Positions 30,550 through 40,687 of a DNA stretch of 64,000 nucleotides are shown piece by piece. Position numbers and translations under genes: made by a program. The stretch spans positions 41,968-105,967 of the forward strand of contig JBIOXB010000034.1 of the NCBI GenBank assembly GCA_044869275.1, in the 5' to 3' direction. Origin of the DNA: a bacterium. GTDB taxonomy: Bacteria; Zhuqueibacterota; Zhuqueibacteria; Zhuqueibacterales; Zhuqueibacteraceae. The notes beneath the pieces are model-generated. The model was not told the origin of the DNA and did not search any database. It worked only from the letters and a program-made list of their open reading frames with translations. Position 1 is the stretch's first letter; every line of letters starts with the position of its first letter.

Positions 30550-31239
30550 ATGAGAAGAACTCTTATGGCAGTTGTTTTTTGCCTGCTTCCCGGATTGGCG
30601 GCCGCACAGGTGACGCCGAAATTCCAACGCGGCGGGAAGGCCTTGTTGTTTTCCTTTGCCGGTCTGGACAATCTGAACGCGAATAGCTTCAATGGCGGCT
30701 TTGGGGGAAAGTATTATCTTTCGCCGACCAAGGCACTGCGCGGGGGAATACAGCTTGCCACAGCAAGCCGTGACATTCCGTCAAATGCATCTGCCGGCGT
30801 CGAAGCGCAAGACGGCAAAATATCGGGAACAACCATTGGCCTCAGCGGCGCCATCGAGGTGCACAGCGGGTCCGGTCGCGTGAGTCCATTTATTGGCGCC
30901 GGTGCCGCCTTTGCAACGACGTCAACGGAAAACAAAGAGGCGAATATCGGTGCCCCCTCCGGGCAAACGACCGTCAAAAACAATCCTGCTGGCGAAACGA
31001 TCGGCGGTATCACTTTTGTGCCGGGGAATCGATTTGACATTTTTGCCCTGTTGGGTGTTGAGTTTTTTATCGTCAAAGAACTGAGTCTGGCCGCCGAGTA
31101 CCGACTTGGTTTCAGCAATGTCTCCGGCAAAGACGTCGAGGTGACGCAGGGTACCTCTTCAACTATCTCCAAGGTGGGCGACGCCAGCGGTATGGGCATC
31201 GCCACGGCCGGGGTGCTGACCTTGGCTTTCTATTTTTAG
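30550..31239 (+). CDS. Outer membrane beta-barrel protein
   Basis: GGAGG RBS, signal peptide, alternating beta strands, C-terminal LAFYF. Confidence 0.8.
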   Translation: MRRTLMAVVFCLLPGLAAAQVTPKFQRGGKALLFSFAGLDNLNANSFNGGFGGKYYLSPTKALRGGIQLATASRDIPSNASAGVEAQDGKISGTTIGLSGAIEVHSGSGRVSPFIGAGAAFATTSTENKEANIGAPSGQTTVKNNPAGETIGGITFVPGNRFDIFALLGVEFFIVKELSLAAEYRLGFSNVSGKDVEVTQGTSSTISKVGDASGMGIATAGVLTLAFYF

Positions 31240-31518
31240 ATCCCACGAGCCCAATGACATGGTAAGAGGCGAGCCTGCGATCGTGCCGCCGGTCGATTGG
31301 ATTTACAACTGGCCGAGGCCTCCGTAGGAAAATGCGCGCTTACCATGAGCATAGGCAATCAGGACACGTGTGAATGGCTTGCATAATCCGCGGAGCGCTG
31401 CTCTGCCACAGCATAGCGGCGCTCCGCTCTCCATTGAAAGGAATGAAAGAATTCGTTTCTTCAAACGCCCACCATCAATAATCATAAGCTAATCGCATAA
31501 CCCAGGACAGGCCGGAAA

Positions 31519-31582
31519 CACAAAATTCAAAACACAAAATCCAAAACTGGTTTTGAATTTTGAGCTTTGGATTTTGAATTTT
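31519..31582. repeat. Inverted array of 7-nt repeats (CAAAATT-like / TTTTGAA-like)
   Basis: caaaatt caaaaca caaaatc caaaact followed by its reverse complement. Confidence 0.75.
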
Positions 31583-31702
31583 TCCCAAAAAGGCACAGAC
31601 TTCACCTGTAATCCGCATAACCCAATCGTCATTCGGTGCTTTTTTATTTTGGATTTTTCACTTACGTTGCCGCGGTATATTTCACTCACCAGGGAAAGAC
31701 GA

Positions 31703-33325
31703 ATGAAACTGACCTTAAGACTCGCCGCACTGCCGTTGCTCGTTTTTTCATATTCTGTCCTCGCCCAGAACACTCCCAACTTGCGCTTGTTGCAGGCGAT
31801 CGACCCTGTGCCCACGCCCGGCAATCCGTTTCGCTATGGCGAAGTCACGGGCTGTGGCGATATCGCCGTGATCGCCGGATGGAGCTTCGACGGCACGGGC
31901 AGAAATGTGTATCTGTACGACGTCAGTGCGCCGCAGTCGCCTCGGCAGCTCGCGGTGGTGCCCAGCCCCATCTCGGTTTATGACGTGCAAATTCACGGCC
32001 GCTATCTCTATTTCGCCGTGCAAAATCAAGGCTACATCGACGTTGTCGATATCATCGATCCCACTGCGCCCGTGCTGGTCAATCGTTTTCAGCCCTCCAA
32101 TCCGGCGATCAGCCCGCACACGTTTTTTGTGGCAGGCAAGGGTCTTTACATTGCGAATAATTACGCGCCAGGCGTCACCGTCTTCGACCTCACCGACAAG
32201 AATAATATTGTTTATAGAGGCCTTTTCAATACCGATTTTGGCACTCCCCACGACAACACGGTCATTCACAACACGCTGTATGCCGCGTTTATTTTCTCCC
32301 CCGCCGGACTTTGGCTGGCAGACGTCAGCGATCTCTCCTCGCCGAAATCCCTCGCCGAAGCGAAATATCCCGGCGCCGGCACACACAACGCCTGGCCCAC
32401 GGAAGACGAGCGTTACGTGCTCACCACGGATGAAATCGGCACCACCTCGCACAACATTAAGATCTGGGACACGCAGGGCGCAGCGCCGGAACTGGTGGCC
32501 GAATACGCCGCCAATCCCAGCGCGATCGTACACAATGTTTACGTGCGCGGCCGTTACGCTTACATGAGCTATTATTGCGAGGGCATCCGCATCATCGATA
32601 TTCAGGATCCCCGCAATCCCGTGGAAGTGGCGGCTTATGACCTCAACGGCAATGAGCCGTGCTCGAGCTACCGTTCGACCTGGGGCATGTATCCTTTTTC
32701 AAAGTACATTTACGCCAGCGACATGAACCTGGGACTTCATATCTTCGAATTCGATCAACACCCGCCCGCAAATCTCACCGGCACGGTGAAAGATGCGCAA
32801 ACCGGCACCGCGATTCCCGGCGCGTATGTTTATTTTCCGGATGAATACGCCACGACGAGAAGCAACACGAACGGCGAATATGAAATTCCATGGTTCAAAA
32901 ACGATCGCGTGCGCGTGGCCGCGGATGCGCTCGGGTATCAAGCGGATACGTTGGAGACCAATACCACTGCCACCGGCAGCATACAACTCAATTTCACTCT
33001 ACGTAAGAGCGGCACCGCCGTTGACGAAGAGCCCGCCAACCGGCCGCAGGAATTCGCTCTGCATGCAAACTATCCCAACCCTTTTAATCCCGCTACTACG
33101 ATCTCATATGATGTGCCGCGCGCCTCTCAGCTAACGTTGAAGATTTACAACATGCTTGGCGTGGAGGTGCGTACGTTGGTTGAGGCCTGGCAAGAACCCG
33201 GATACAAAACCCTGCAATGGGATGGCCGCGACAATGCTGGACAGATTCTGCCCAGCGGTATTTACTTCTATCGCCTGCAGGCGGACGGTTTTGCGCAGAC
33301 CAAGAAGCTGGCGGTGGTCAGGTAG
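31703..33325 (+). CDS. Secreted LVIVD-repeat / choice-of-anchor B-like protein with carboxypeptidase-regulatory-like and FlgD/T9SS-type C-terminal domains
   Basis: Signal peptide; HNAWPTED..TTDE, VHNVYV, SYYCEGIRIIDI, WGMYPF; GTVKDAQTG.AIPGA; NYPNPFNPATTISY..WDGRD..SGIYFYRL. Confidence 0.85.
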   Translation: MKLTLRLAALPLLVFSYSVLAQNTPNLRLLQAIDPVPTPGNPFRYGEVTGCGDIAVIAGWSFDGTGRNVYLYDVSAPQSPRQLAVVPSPISVYDVQIHGRYLYFAVQNQGYIDVVDIIDPTAPVLVNRFQPSNPAISPHTFFVAGKGLYIANNYAPGVTVFDLTDKNNIVYRGLFNTDFGTPHDNTVIHNTLYAAFIFSPAGLWLADVSDLSSPKSLAEAKYPGAGTHNAWPTEDERYVLTTDEIGTTSHNIKIWDTQGAAPELVAEYAANPSAIVHNVYVRGRYAYMSYYCEGIRIIDIQDPRNPVEVAAYDLNGNEPCSSYRSTWGMYPFSKYIYASDMNLGLHIFEFDQHPPANLTGTVKDAQTGTAIPGAYVYFPDEYATTRSNTNGEYEIPWFKNDRVRVAADALGYQADTLETNTTATGSIQLNFTLRKSGTAVDEEPANRPQEFALHANYPNPFNPATTISYDVPRASQLTLKIYNMLGVEVRTLVEAWQEPGYKTLQWDGRDNAGQILPSGIYFYRLQADGFAQTKKLAVVR

Positions 33326-33349
33326 TGACCAGCAGCATGTGCTGATTCC

Positions 33350-34117
33350 ATGATTCAACTCACACCGCAAAAATTGGCGACTTTGAGCGGCTGGTTCGCG
33401 CTGCGCCGTCCCGGGCCGCAGATAGGCCTGCATATCTTGCGAACGGGAAATGGCGCATGTTTCGTTGACCGTTGGCCGAACCCGCGTTCATTGCTCATGG
33501 GTACTGCAGGAAACTATTCCCTCGCAGGCGATCCGGAAGCGCTGAGTCCGGTTGATTTGCGACCTCGCATTGCTGGCTTCGTTGAGGCAGAGGAACAATT
33601 TGTACCGGTTTTGCTGGCGGCGTTTACCAAGGTGAATCCCTGGGAGCGCATAATCTTTGAATTGCAGGCAAAACCACGTTTCTCATTGCCGCAGGCGCAA
33701 ATTATTCGCCGTCTCGAACCGGCTGACGCATTCAATCTTTGGGGATTGAGCCCCGATGTGAATTGGATCTGCAAGACCTGGGGCGGTCCTGCCGGCTTAG
33801 CGGCGAGCGGCTGCGCGTGGGGAGCGTTTGCAGAAGAACGGCTCGTCGCAGTGGCGTGTTCATTTTACGTCGGCGAACACTACGAGGACATTGGCGTCGT
33901 GACCGAGCCGGAATTTCGCGGCTTGGGGCTCAGCCGTGCTTGCGCTGGCGCGCTTTGTGAAGATATTCAGAGCAGAGGACGCCGGCCAAGCTGGACCACC
34001 TCGCCTGACAACATCGCCAGCATGCGAGTGGCGGAGAAGCTGGGTTTCGCGCTGCAAAGAAGCGATTTGCTTTATGCGATCGGTGTTCCGATCCCCGCGC
34101 CGCCTCGGCGAGAGTAA
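33350..34117 (+). CDS. GNAT family N-acetyltransferase
   Basis: DIGVVTEPEFRGLGLS, NIASMRVAEKLGF. Confidence 0.88.
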   Translation: MIQLTPQKLATLSGWFALRRPGPQIGLHILRTGNGACFVDRWPNPRSLLMGTAGNYSLAGDPEALSPVDLRPRIAGFVEAEEQFVPVLLAAFTKVNPWERIIFELQAKPRFSLPQAQIIRRLEPADAFNLWGLSPDVNWICKTWGGPAGLAASGCAWGAFAEERLVAVACSFYVGEHYEDIGVVTEPEFRGLGLSRACAGALCEDIQSRGRRPSWTTSPDNIASMRVAEKLGFALQRSDLLYAIGVPIPAPPRRE

Positions 34118-34175
34118 TACAGATGACGAATTGCTGGTCAACCCACGCCGCAACGGCGAAAACGGAGAATCGACC

Positions 34176-34865
34176 ATGAAAACCATTGGCGTTCTCGGCG
34201 GGCTTGGCCCGCAAGCGACCATGGACTTTGAGGCGCGTGTGCATCGAGTTGCCCAACGCCTCCTCCCGCAGCATCAAAACAGCGGCTATCCGCCGATGAT
34301 CGTCTTTTACTATCGCCATCCACCCATTCTCCTGCATGAAGACCATTCACCGCGGTTGCCGATACAACCCGATCCTCGCTTGCTCGAGGTTGCCAAACGG
34401 GCGGGAGCTGTGGCCGATTTTCTGGTCATTACTTCCAACACTCCACACCTGATTCAAAAAGAAATCGAGCAAGCCGCCGGTTGCAAAGTGTTGAGCATGA
34501 TCGCAGCAACCTTGGAAGAAACCCAGCGGCGCCAATGGCGCAAGATAGGAGTCTTGGGGTACGGCGAACCCATCGTCTATACCCAACCGATGGCAGAATT
34601 GAATATCGCCTACGAAACGATAGACCCCGGGCTGCGCACCAAACTTGACGGAGTGATCATGAAACTGATGGAAGGCCGCAATGATGCCGCCTCAACCGCG
34701 ATCGCGCGCGAGGCGATCGCCGTGCTGCGCGCCAAGAAGGTAGAGGGAATTATTCTCGGCTGCACGGAAATACCGTTGATGCTTCATGAGCATGGAGAGG
34801 CGCCTGATCTGGTTAACCCTGCTCAGTTGCTGGCGGAAGCAACGGTGAGGTCTGCTTTGGCTTAA
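34176..34865 (+). CDS. Aspartate/glutamate racemase family protein
   Basis: MKTIGVLGGLGPQAT, ITSNTPH, ILGCTEIPL. Confidence 0.88.
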   Translation: MKTIGVLGGLGPQATMDFEARVHRVAQRLLPQHQNSGYPPMIVFYYRHPPILLHEDHSPRLPIQPDPRLLEVAKRAGAVADFLVITSNTPHLIQKEIEQAAGCKVLSMIAATLEETQRRQWRKIGVLGYGEPIVYTQPMAELNIAYETIDPGLRTKLDGVIMKLMEGRNDAASTAIAREAIAVLRAKKVEGIILGCTEIPLMLHEHGEAPDLVNPAQLLAEATVRSALA

Positions 34866-34898
34866 GCGCAGTACTGCTTTGTTGATATCCCCTTAGCC

Positions 34899-34976
34899 AT
34901 GTCATCCCGCCGTTGCGGGATCTTGGTAGAATCAAGCACTGTGATTATGCTGCACAAGATTCCTTCTGAATGATAT
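34899..34976. repeat. REP/MITE-like element (uninterrupted relative of 59264-59459)
   Basis: ATGTCATCCCG...GCACTGTG..CACAAGATTCCTTCTGAATGA. Confidence 0.7.
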
Positions 34977-35027
34977 CGTCAAGTTCCTACAAGAATTACG
35001 GTGACATTACACTAATGGATGATCGCA

Positions 35028-35435
35028 ATGAGAAAGATTGTCTATCACGTGGGCATGACGCTCGACAATTATATAGCTCACGAAGATGGCTCCATTGGCG
35101 GTTTCTCGAATTTCGCGGAAGGGGAGCACGTGACGGAGTATCTTGAAAGTCTCAAGGCGTACGATACGGTGTTGATGGGCAGAGCGACGTATGAGTTTGG
35201 TTATCAATATGGCCTAAAACCGGGGCAGCCCGCCTATCCTCACATGCAGCACTATATCTTCTCCAAGACTTTGCGATTCGACGCGACGCCCGGGGCCCGC
35301 GTCAAGATCGTCGCCAAAGACTTATCAAAACGGAGCAGTGTTATTGACCTACAAGTTGAACTATGGCTAGAAACCCTCTCAAGGCGGCGGGCAACGACCT
35401 CGTTCCCAACACCTCATGAACGAACGGGAGCATGA
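35028..35435 (+). pseudogene. Dihydrofolate reductase-like (RibD C-terminal) protein, 3' truncated
   Basis: MRKIVYHVGMTLDNYIA, DTVLMGRATYE, YIFSKTL; lacks the C-terminal GGG-containing half. Confidence 0.65.
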
Positions 35436-35519
35436 CTTGCGGTGAAATGATTTTTGTTTGCATTTAGCCCAGAATATGCGCTCATTTTATCGCGCTTTGT
35501 GTTGTGTCTGCCTGAATTT

Positions 35520-35669
35520 TGCAACGAAAGGAGAACCGCAACGAAAAAAGCCTTTAGAACCGCGATCTTCATCGAGCATGCTTAAAAACACCAAGCCACC
35601 CATTGGGTGAGTTTCGATAAAGCTTTCGAATTGAAAACCTTCTTTCGTTGCGGTTCCTTTTTCGTTGCA
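35520..35669. repeat. ~150-bp element with ~31-bp imperfect terminal inverted repeats
   Basis: TGCAACGAAAGGAGAACCGCAACGAAA ... TTTCGTTGCGGTTCCTTTTTCGTTGCA. Confidence 0.7.
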
Positions 35670-35749
35670 GGCAATTTTTTGAGTGCACAATTCAGGTTCC
35701 AGCTACTCTTCTCACGACATAAATGGAGTCTTTTATTTCGCCGCCATTC

Positions 35750-37408
35750 ATGGAACACCAACTTTCAAAGCCCGGCTGGTTGCTGCAAATCGAGAGCATC
35801 TTCGACGCCATGAGCGAGGGCGTGGCCGTTCTGGAAGCGGGCCGCGTCCTGTTCGTCAATGAGGCGATGCTGCATATGACCGGCTTTCAGCGCCGGGACA
35901 TGATTGGCCGTGCCAGCACCGACTTCTTCGCGCCGGAAGACTTGCCATTCATTCAGCAGCAAGTTGAGCTCCGCGAACGCAAAGGGCACGTTCGTTTTGA
36001 GTATTACGTGCTGGGCAAGAACGGCGCGAAGGTGCCGACCATCATCAGCAGCCGCACCTTCCGCGGCCCAGAGCAGCGCCAGTTCGCCATCGTCACCTGT
36101 GCCGACATCCGCGAGCAGAAGCTGGCGGAGGCGAGATTGCGCGAGGTCAACGCGCACCTGCAGGAGAGTGAGGCCCGCAAGGATGCGATGATGCAATCCG
36201 CGCTCGATTGCATCATCTCCATCGATCATCAAGGCAAGATTATAGAGTTCAACCCCGCAGCCGAGAAAACTTTTGGCTACAAGCGCGCACGGGTTTTGGG
36301 CAAAGAACTGGCGGCAACCATTGTTCCTCCTGCTCTGCGAGAAGCGCACCGGCGCGGGCTGGCACATTATCTCGCCACCGGCCAGGGTCCGGTTCTGGGC
36401 AAACGTATTGAGATCACTGGCATGCGCGCGGATGGTGCTGAGTTTCCCGTGGAGCTGGCCATCGTGTCAATTCATTTGGGAGATCATCCCATATTTACCG
36501 CTTATCTTCGCGATATTACCGCACGCAAGCGCGCGGAGAAAGAATTGCGCCAGGCCAAAGAAGTGGCGGAGACGGCCAACCATGTCAAAGGCGAATTGCT
36601 GGCCGAGCTGAAAGCGAGGCACGATGAGCTTGAAACAACTTTGCACCAGCTCAAAATCATTCAGCACAAATTAGAGACAGAAAACGCGCGCAAGGCCCGT
36701 GAGCTGGAAGAAGCGCGCCGGCTGCAGCTTGCCCTGTTGCCCAAGACCATTCCGAAACTGCCGCACCTTGACATCGCAGTCTTCATGCAAACGGCCACTG
36801 AAGTCGGCGGCGACTACTATGACTTCAATGTGAATGCCGAGGGGGTCCTGACCGTGGCCATCGGAGATGCGACCGGCCACGGCTTGCAAGCCGGAACGAT
36901 CGTCGCTTCCACCAAAAGCCTGTTCAAGGCTTTGGTGGATGAGCCGCATCCTGCTCAAGTTTTAAGAAAGATGTCGCTCGCCTTGAAATCCATGGGATTT
37001 CGCAAAATGTTCATGGCGATGACCGTGGCGAAATTTCATGATCATCGCCTGACCGTATCGGCTGCGGGCATGCCTTTTACATTGGTGCACCGGGCGTCGA
37101 CCGGCCACACTGAAAAAGTGATTCTAAAAGCCGTGCCCCTGGGAAGTTTTCCTGATTTCGAATATCAGCAAAAGGTTTTGAAATTGCGGCCCGGGGACAC
37201 GGTGCTTTTTGTGAGTGATGGTCTGCATGAAACGTTCAATAGGCGAGAGGAGATGCTGGGGGAAAGCCGAGTGATTAAATTGTTTACTGAAATTGCCCAA
37301 AAGCGACCCGACCGGATCGTCGCGCATTTGAGCCAGGCGGCAAAGGCCTGGGCCAACGGACGAATGCAGCATGACGATATGACGATTCTGGCTATGAAAA
37401 TTCGGTAG
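35750..37408 (+). CDS. PAS-PAS SpoIIE/PP2C (RsbU-like) phosphatase
   Basis: Two PAS domains (FNPAAEKTFGY, RADGAEFPVEL), coiled coil, EVGGDYYD, IGDATGHG, VSDGL, DDMT. Confidence 0.92.
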   Translation: MEHQLSKPGWLLQIESIFDAMSEGVAVLEAGRVLFVNEAMLHMTGFQRRDMIGRASTDFFAPEDLPFIQQQVELRERKGHVRFEYYVLGKNGAKVPTIISSRTFRGPEQRQFAIVTCADIREQKLAEARLREVNAHLQESEARKDAMMQSALDCIISIDHQGKIIEFNPAAEKTFGYKRARVLGKELAATIVPPALREAHRRGLAHYLATGQGPVLGKRIEITGMRADGAEFPVELAIVSIHLGDHPIFTAYLRDITARKRAEKELRQAKEVAETANHVKGELLAELKARHDELETTLHQLKIIQHKLETENARKARELEEARRLQLALLPKTIPKLPHLDIAVFMQTATEVGGDYYDFNVNAEGVLTVAIGDATGHGLQAGTIVASTKSLFKALVDEPHPAQVLRKMSLALKSMGFRKMFMAMTVAKFHDHRLTVSAAGMPFTLVHRASTGHTEKVILKAVPLGSFPDFEYQQKVLKLRPGDTVLFVSDGLHETFNRREEMLGESRVIKLFTEIAQKRPDRIVAHLSQAAKAWANGRMQHDDMTILAMKIR

Positions 37409-37620
37409 AGACGTCCCGGCGGGACGTCTCTACTCGTTCCACCGCTCTGCGGTGGAATGCATGCGGTGACGCTCTGCGTCCTGAAAAGTTAGGCTTTAAA
37501 AAGTATTGCGAAAACAAATTGTGGTCGAACAAAAAGCTGGAAGGCAGAGCGTTTCAACAAGCATCACGACCCCGACGGTTCTGGGTCGTGACGAGAGCGC
37601 GTTTTTACACAGGCTGATTC
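37405..37620. repeat. Cluster of REP-like palindromes
   Basis: GTAGAGACGTCCCG-G-CGGGACGTCTCTAC; TTCCACCGC-TCT-GCGGTGGAA; TCACGACCC..GGGTCGTGA. Confidence 0.7.
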
Positions 37621-37751
37621 TTTCAGCATGACAAATGACAACGACAGGGCGGTTTAGCTGAATACGAAAATAAGAACGATATAATCAGTACAAATAATAT
37701 CTGCGTTCATCCGCGCCATCCGCGAAAGTGGATTTCCCGGAACTTGCGCCT

Positions 37752-38546
37752 TCAATTCGCCTTCACCGGCCGGCTCAATTTGATCGCGCGCCGCGCGATC
37801 TTGTGGTACAAGCCCGCAGGCACGATTTGCGCCACGCGATACAGTATCTTCATCGGCAGCGGATAAATCACCACGCGCTGGCGCTTGGCCACGGCCTTAA
37901 TCATCAACTGCGCCGCCTGCGGCGGCTGCATGAGCCAGATGCGATTGGGATTGCCCTGATTGATGGGCGTGTCCACGAAACCGGGATGAATGATGGTGAA
38001 TTGAATCTCCGGCAGCTCCACGGCCATGCTTTCCAGAAAATAATGCAGCCCAATTTTAGTGAGACTGTAAACCCCGCGCGCACCCAGGCCGCGCATCGAA
38101 GAAGCCGAGCCGATGCCGATAATCGTTCCCGCCTTCTGAGGCACCATCACTTCCAAGCATGCCATGGTCGTGTAAATCGCGCCGTGGAGATTGGTGGCGA
38201 TGAGATTCTCGTAATTTTCCCACTTCCATTTGCGAAAAGAAGTATCTCCCCCCACACCGCTGTTGATCCATGCGGCATCGAGGCGGCCGGCGGCCCGATG
38301 GAAATCCCGCACGGCGGCATAAACTTCCTCGCGATTGCGCACGTCGCACGAGCGCATCCAAAACACACTGCCCTGGTTCGCAAGCCGGTCCGCCAGTTCT
38401 TTCATTTTCTCTTCGCGGCGGCTCAATAAACCGAATTTGACCGCAAACGGCGCCAGCGCTGCCGTGATCGCCGCACCCAGGCCCGAAGACGCGCCCGTGA
38501 TGAGAACCGCTTTGCCATGCCAGTAAGATTTTAAGAGACTGCTCAC
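37752..38546 (-). CDS. SDR family oxidoreductase
   Basis: ITGASSGLG, NSG, YSLTK (YxxxK), PGFVDTP. Confidence 0.92.
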   Translation of the reverse strand: MSSLLKSYWHGKAVLITGASSGLGAAITAALAPFAVKFGLLSRREEKMKELADRLANQGSVFWMRSCDVRNREEVYAAVRDFHRAAGRLDAAWINSGVGGDTSFRKWKWENYENLIATNLHGAIYTTMACLEVMVPQKAGTIIGIGSASSMRGLGARGVYSLTKIGLHYFLESMAVELPEIQFTIIHPGFVDTPINQGNPNRIWLMQPPQAAQLMIKAVAKRQRVVIYPLPMKILYRVAQIVPAGLYHKIARRAIKLSRPVKAN

Positions 38547-38825
38547 TTTTCATCCTCACATATTTTGTAAGCGGATTGAACGGATCGAGCGGATGATTTT
38601 GCCGCATATACACACGGCCAATCCACTTGCTTCAAAAATAGTGAGAATATACAGATGAGTCAAGCCGGCGTGGCGTCCGCTTGACGCCACCGGTAAACTG
38701 GCGCTTGCGTCTATCCCATGGAATTCTATTCTTCATGCAACGATGCTCAGAGATTTTGAATCTTCTGGTGCGGAAAAATGTTTCCGAAAATTGCTCCGGA
38801 GTCACCTCAAACACTTTCGAACAAA

Positions 38826-40085
38826 ATGCTTCGCAATTTTGTGACTACTTTGCACTGCGTGGTGTGCGAACGTGACTATCCGGCAGATGACATTTATACC
38901 TGTCCGCCGTGTGGCGAGGCTGGTATCCTCGAGGTGCGATACGACTATACTGCCCTTGCGACACGAATCGCACAAGCAGATTTTTCCCAGCGATCACATG
39001 ATCTTTGGCGCTATTGCGAGTTTCTGCCCATCAACCCAGAAACCTCTCGCCCACATTTGCAAACCGGCTGGACCCCCATTTACAAAACGCCCAGCCTCGC
39101 GCCGGAAATCGGCATAGCTGAAATTTTTGTCAAAGACGAAGGCCGCAATCCCACCGGTTCTTTCAAGGATCGCGCGAGCGCCATCGGAGCCATCAAAGCC
39201 AAAGAATTTGGCTATCATGAAATCGCCTGCGCCTCTGCCGGCAATGCCGCTGCCTCGATGGCAGGCATGGCGGCGGCACTGGGTTTGCGCAGCTTCATTT
39301 TCGTGCCGGCGCGCACGCCCGAGCCCAAGCTCGCGCAACTGCTCGCTTTCGGCGCGACGGTGTTCAAAGTCAACGGCAGTTATGATGAAGCTTATGATCT
39401 TTGCATGCTAGCCTGCGCACAGTTCGGCTGGTATAATCGCAATGCCGCCATCAACGCTTATCTCGTCGAAGGCAAGAAAACTGCCGGCCTCGAGATCGCG
39501 GAGCAAATGGCGGGCAACATGCCGGATTGGGTGAGTGTGGCCGTGGGTGATGGCTGCACCATAGCCGGAATCTGGAGAGGATTGCAGGAAATGCACCAAC
39601 TTGGCTTCATCCAAAAGCTGCCGCATATGCTCGGCGTGCAAGCAGAAGGAGCGGCGCCGTTGGTGCCGGCCTTTCATACAAATCGCGATCCGCAAGCTGT
39701 CGTCGCGGAAACTTTGGCCGACAGCATTTGTGTGGGCCGGCCGCGCAATTGGCGCAAAGCGTTGGGTGCCATTCGCGCTTCGGGAGGGACGATCCTTGCC
39801 GTGAGTGATGATGAAATCCTGCTCGCCCAGCGCCTGCTCGGGCAAAAAGCGGCGGTGTTCAGCGAGCCTGCGGGCGCGGCTGCGCTGGCGGGATTGCAAA
39901 AAGCAGCGACGATGGGCGAGATTTCAAAGCATTCGCGCGCACTGGCCGTGATTACCGGAAACGGATTGAAAGATGTGCAATCCGTGATACGCACGAACAT
40001 ACACGCTCACACTATTACGCCGAATCTCAAGAGTCTAGAGCAAGCGTTGGGGCAGAATAAACACAAAACGCAAACCTCGTTTTAA
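38826..40085 (+). CDS. thrC: Threonine synthase (PLP-dependent, fold type II)
   Basis: N-terminal CxxC..CxxC, KDEGRNPTGSFKDR, ASAGNAA, EGKKT, VITGNGLKD. Confidence 0.88.
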   Translation: MLRNFVTTLHCVVCERDYPADDIYTCPPCGEAGILEVRYDYTALATRIAQADFSQRSHDLWRYCEFLPINPETSRPHLQTGWTPIYKTPSLAPEIGIAEIFVKDEGRNPTGSFKDRASAIGAIKAKEFGYHEIACASAGNAAASMAGMAAALGLRSFIFVPARTPEPKLAQLLAFGATVFKVNGSYDEAYDLCMLACAQFGWYNRNAAINAYLVEGKKTAGLEIAEQMAGNMPDWVSVAVGDGCTIAGIWRGLQEMHQLGFIQKLPHMLGVQAEGAAPLVPAFHTNRDPQAVVAETLADSICVGRPRNWRKALGAIRASGGTILAVSDDEILLAQRLLGQKAAVFSEPAGAAALAGLQKAATMGEISKHSRALAVITGNGLKDVQSVIRTNIHAHTITPNLKSLEQALGQNKHKTQTSF

Positions 40086-40405
40086 ACCATCGCCTTGCGC
40101 AGCGCCTTCTTCAGATTCTTGATCTGCATGCGCACTGCTTTGAGCTGGTTGTGGTCGTGCGCTGCCAGGGCCTGGTCCCGTTCTTTTTTCAAGGCGCGGA
40201 TTTTCATTTTGATACTGGTCTTGTCGAGGCCTTTCACCTCATGATGTTCGTGCATTTCAATGCCGAGCGCGGTGCAAAGGGCTTTCAAGAGATGCTCTTT
40301 GTTCAACTGCGTATAGCCTTGCACAGCCTCGTGCTGAATGCCTTTCGCAATCTCGCGCAGCTCGGCCAGGGTTTTGTGCTTGAGGTCTTTGAACGTGTAC
40401 GTCAT
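40082..40405 (-). CDS. Small basic protein with Rho-N-like helical domain
   Basis: LKHKTLAELREIAK..GYTQLNKEHLLKAL; GAGGA RBS. Confidence 0.7.
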   Translation of the reverse strand: MTYTFKDLKHKTLAELREIAKGIQHEAVQGYTQLNKEHLLKALCTALGIEMHEHHEVKGLDKTSIKMKIRALKKERDQALAAHDHNQLKAVRMQIKNLKKALRKAMV

Positions 40406-40687
40406 AGTTTATATCCTCTCGTTAAGAGATACTTTCCAAACAGCTCGAACTGCTTTGTGATCCCTGCTTCAGATCCTGGTCAGACTTGGCCTCGAAGGAA
40501 GAAAAGAGTGTGCTATAGTTAGTGTAAAGTCCTGCAAAAAGTCAAGAGCATTTCGCCATTCGCGTTTTTGGGCTTGATTTTAGAAGCAGAACTTGCAATT
40601 GTTACTGCCATACCAAATGGTCATACAGAAATCATATAATGCGTGAAGAACTTCGGGAATATTGCTAACTGCTCAAGGAGTATGCTT

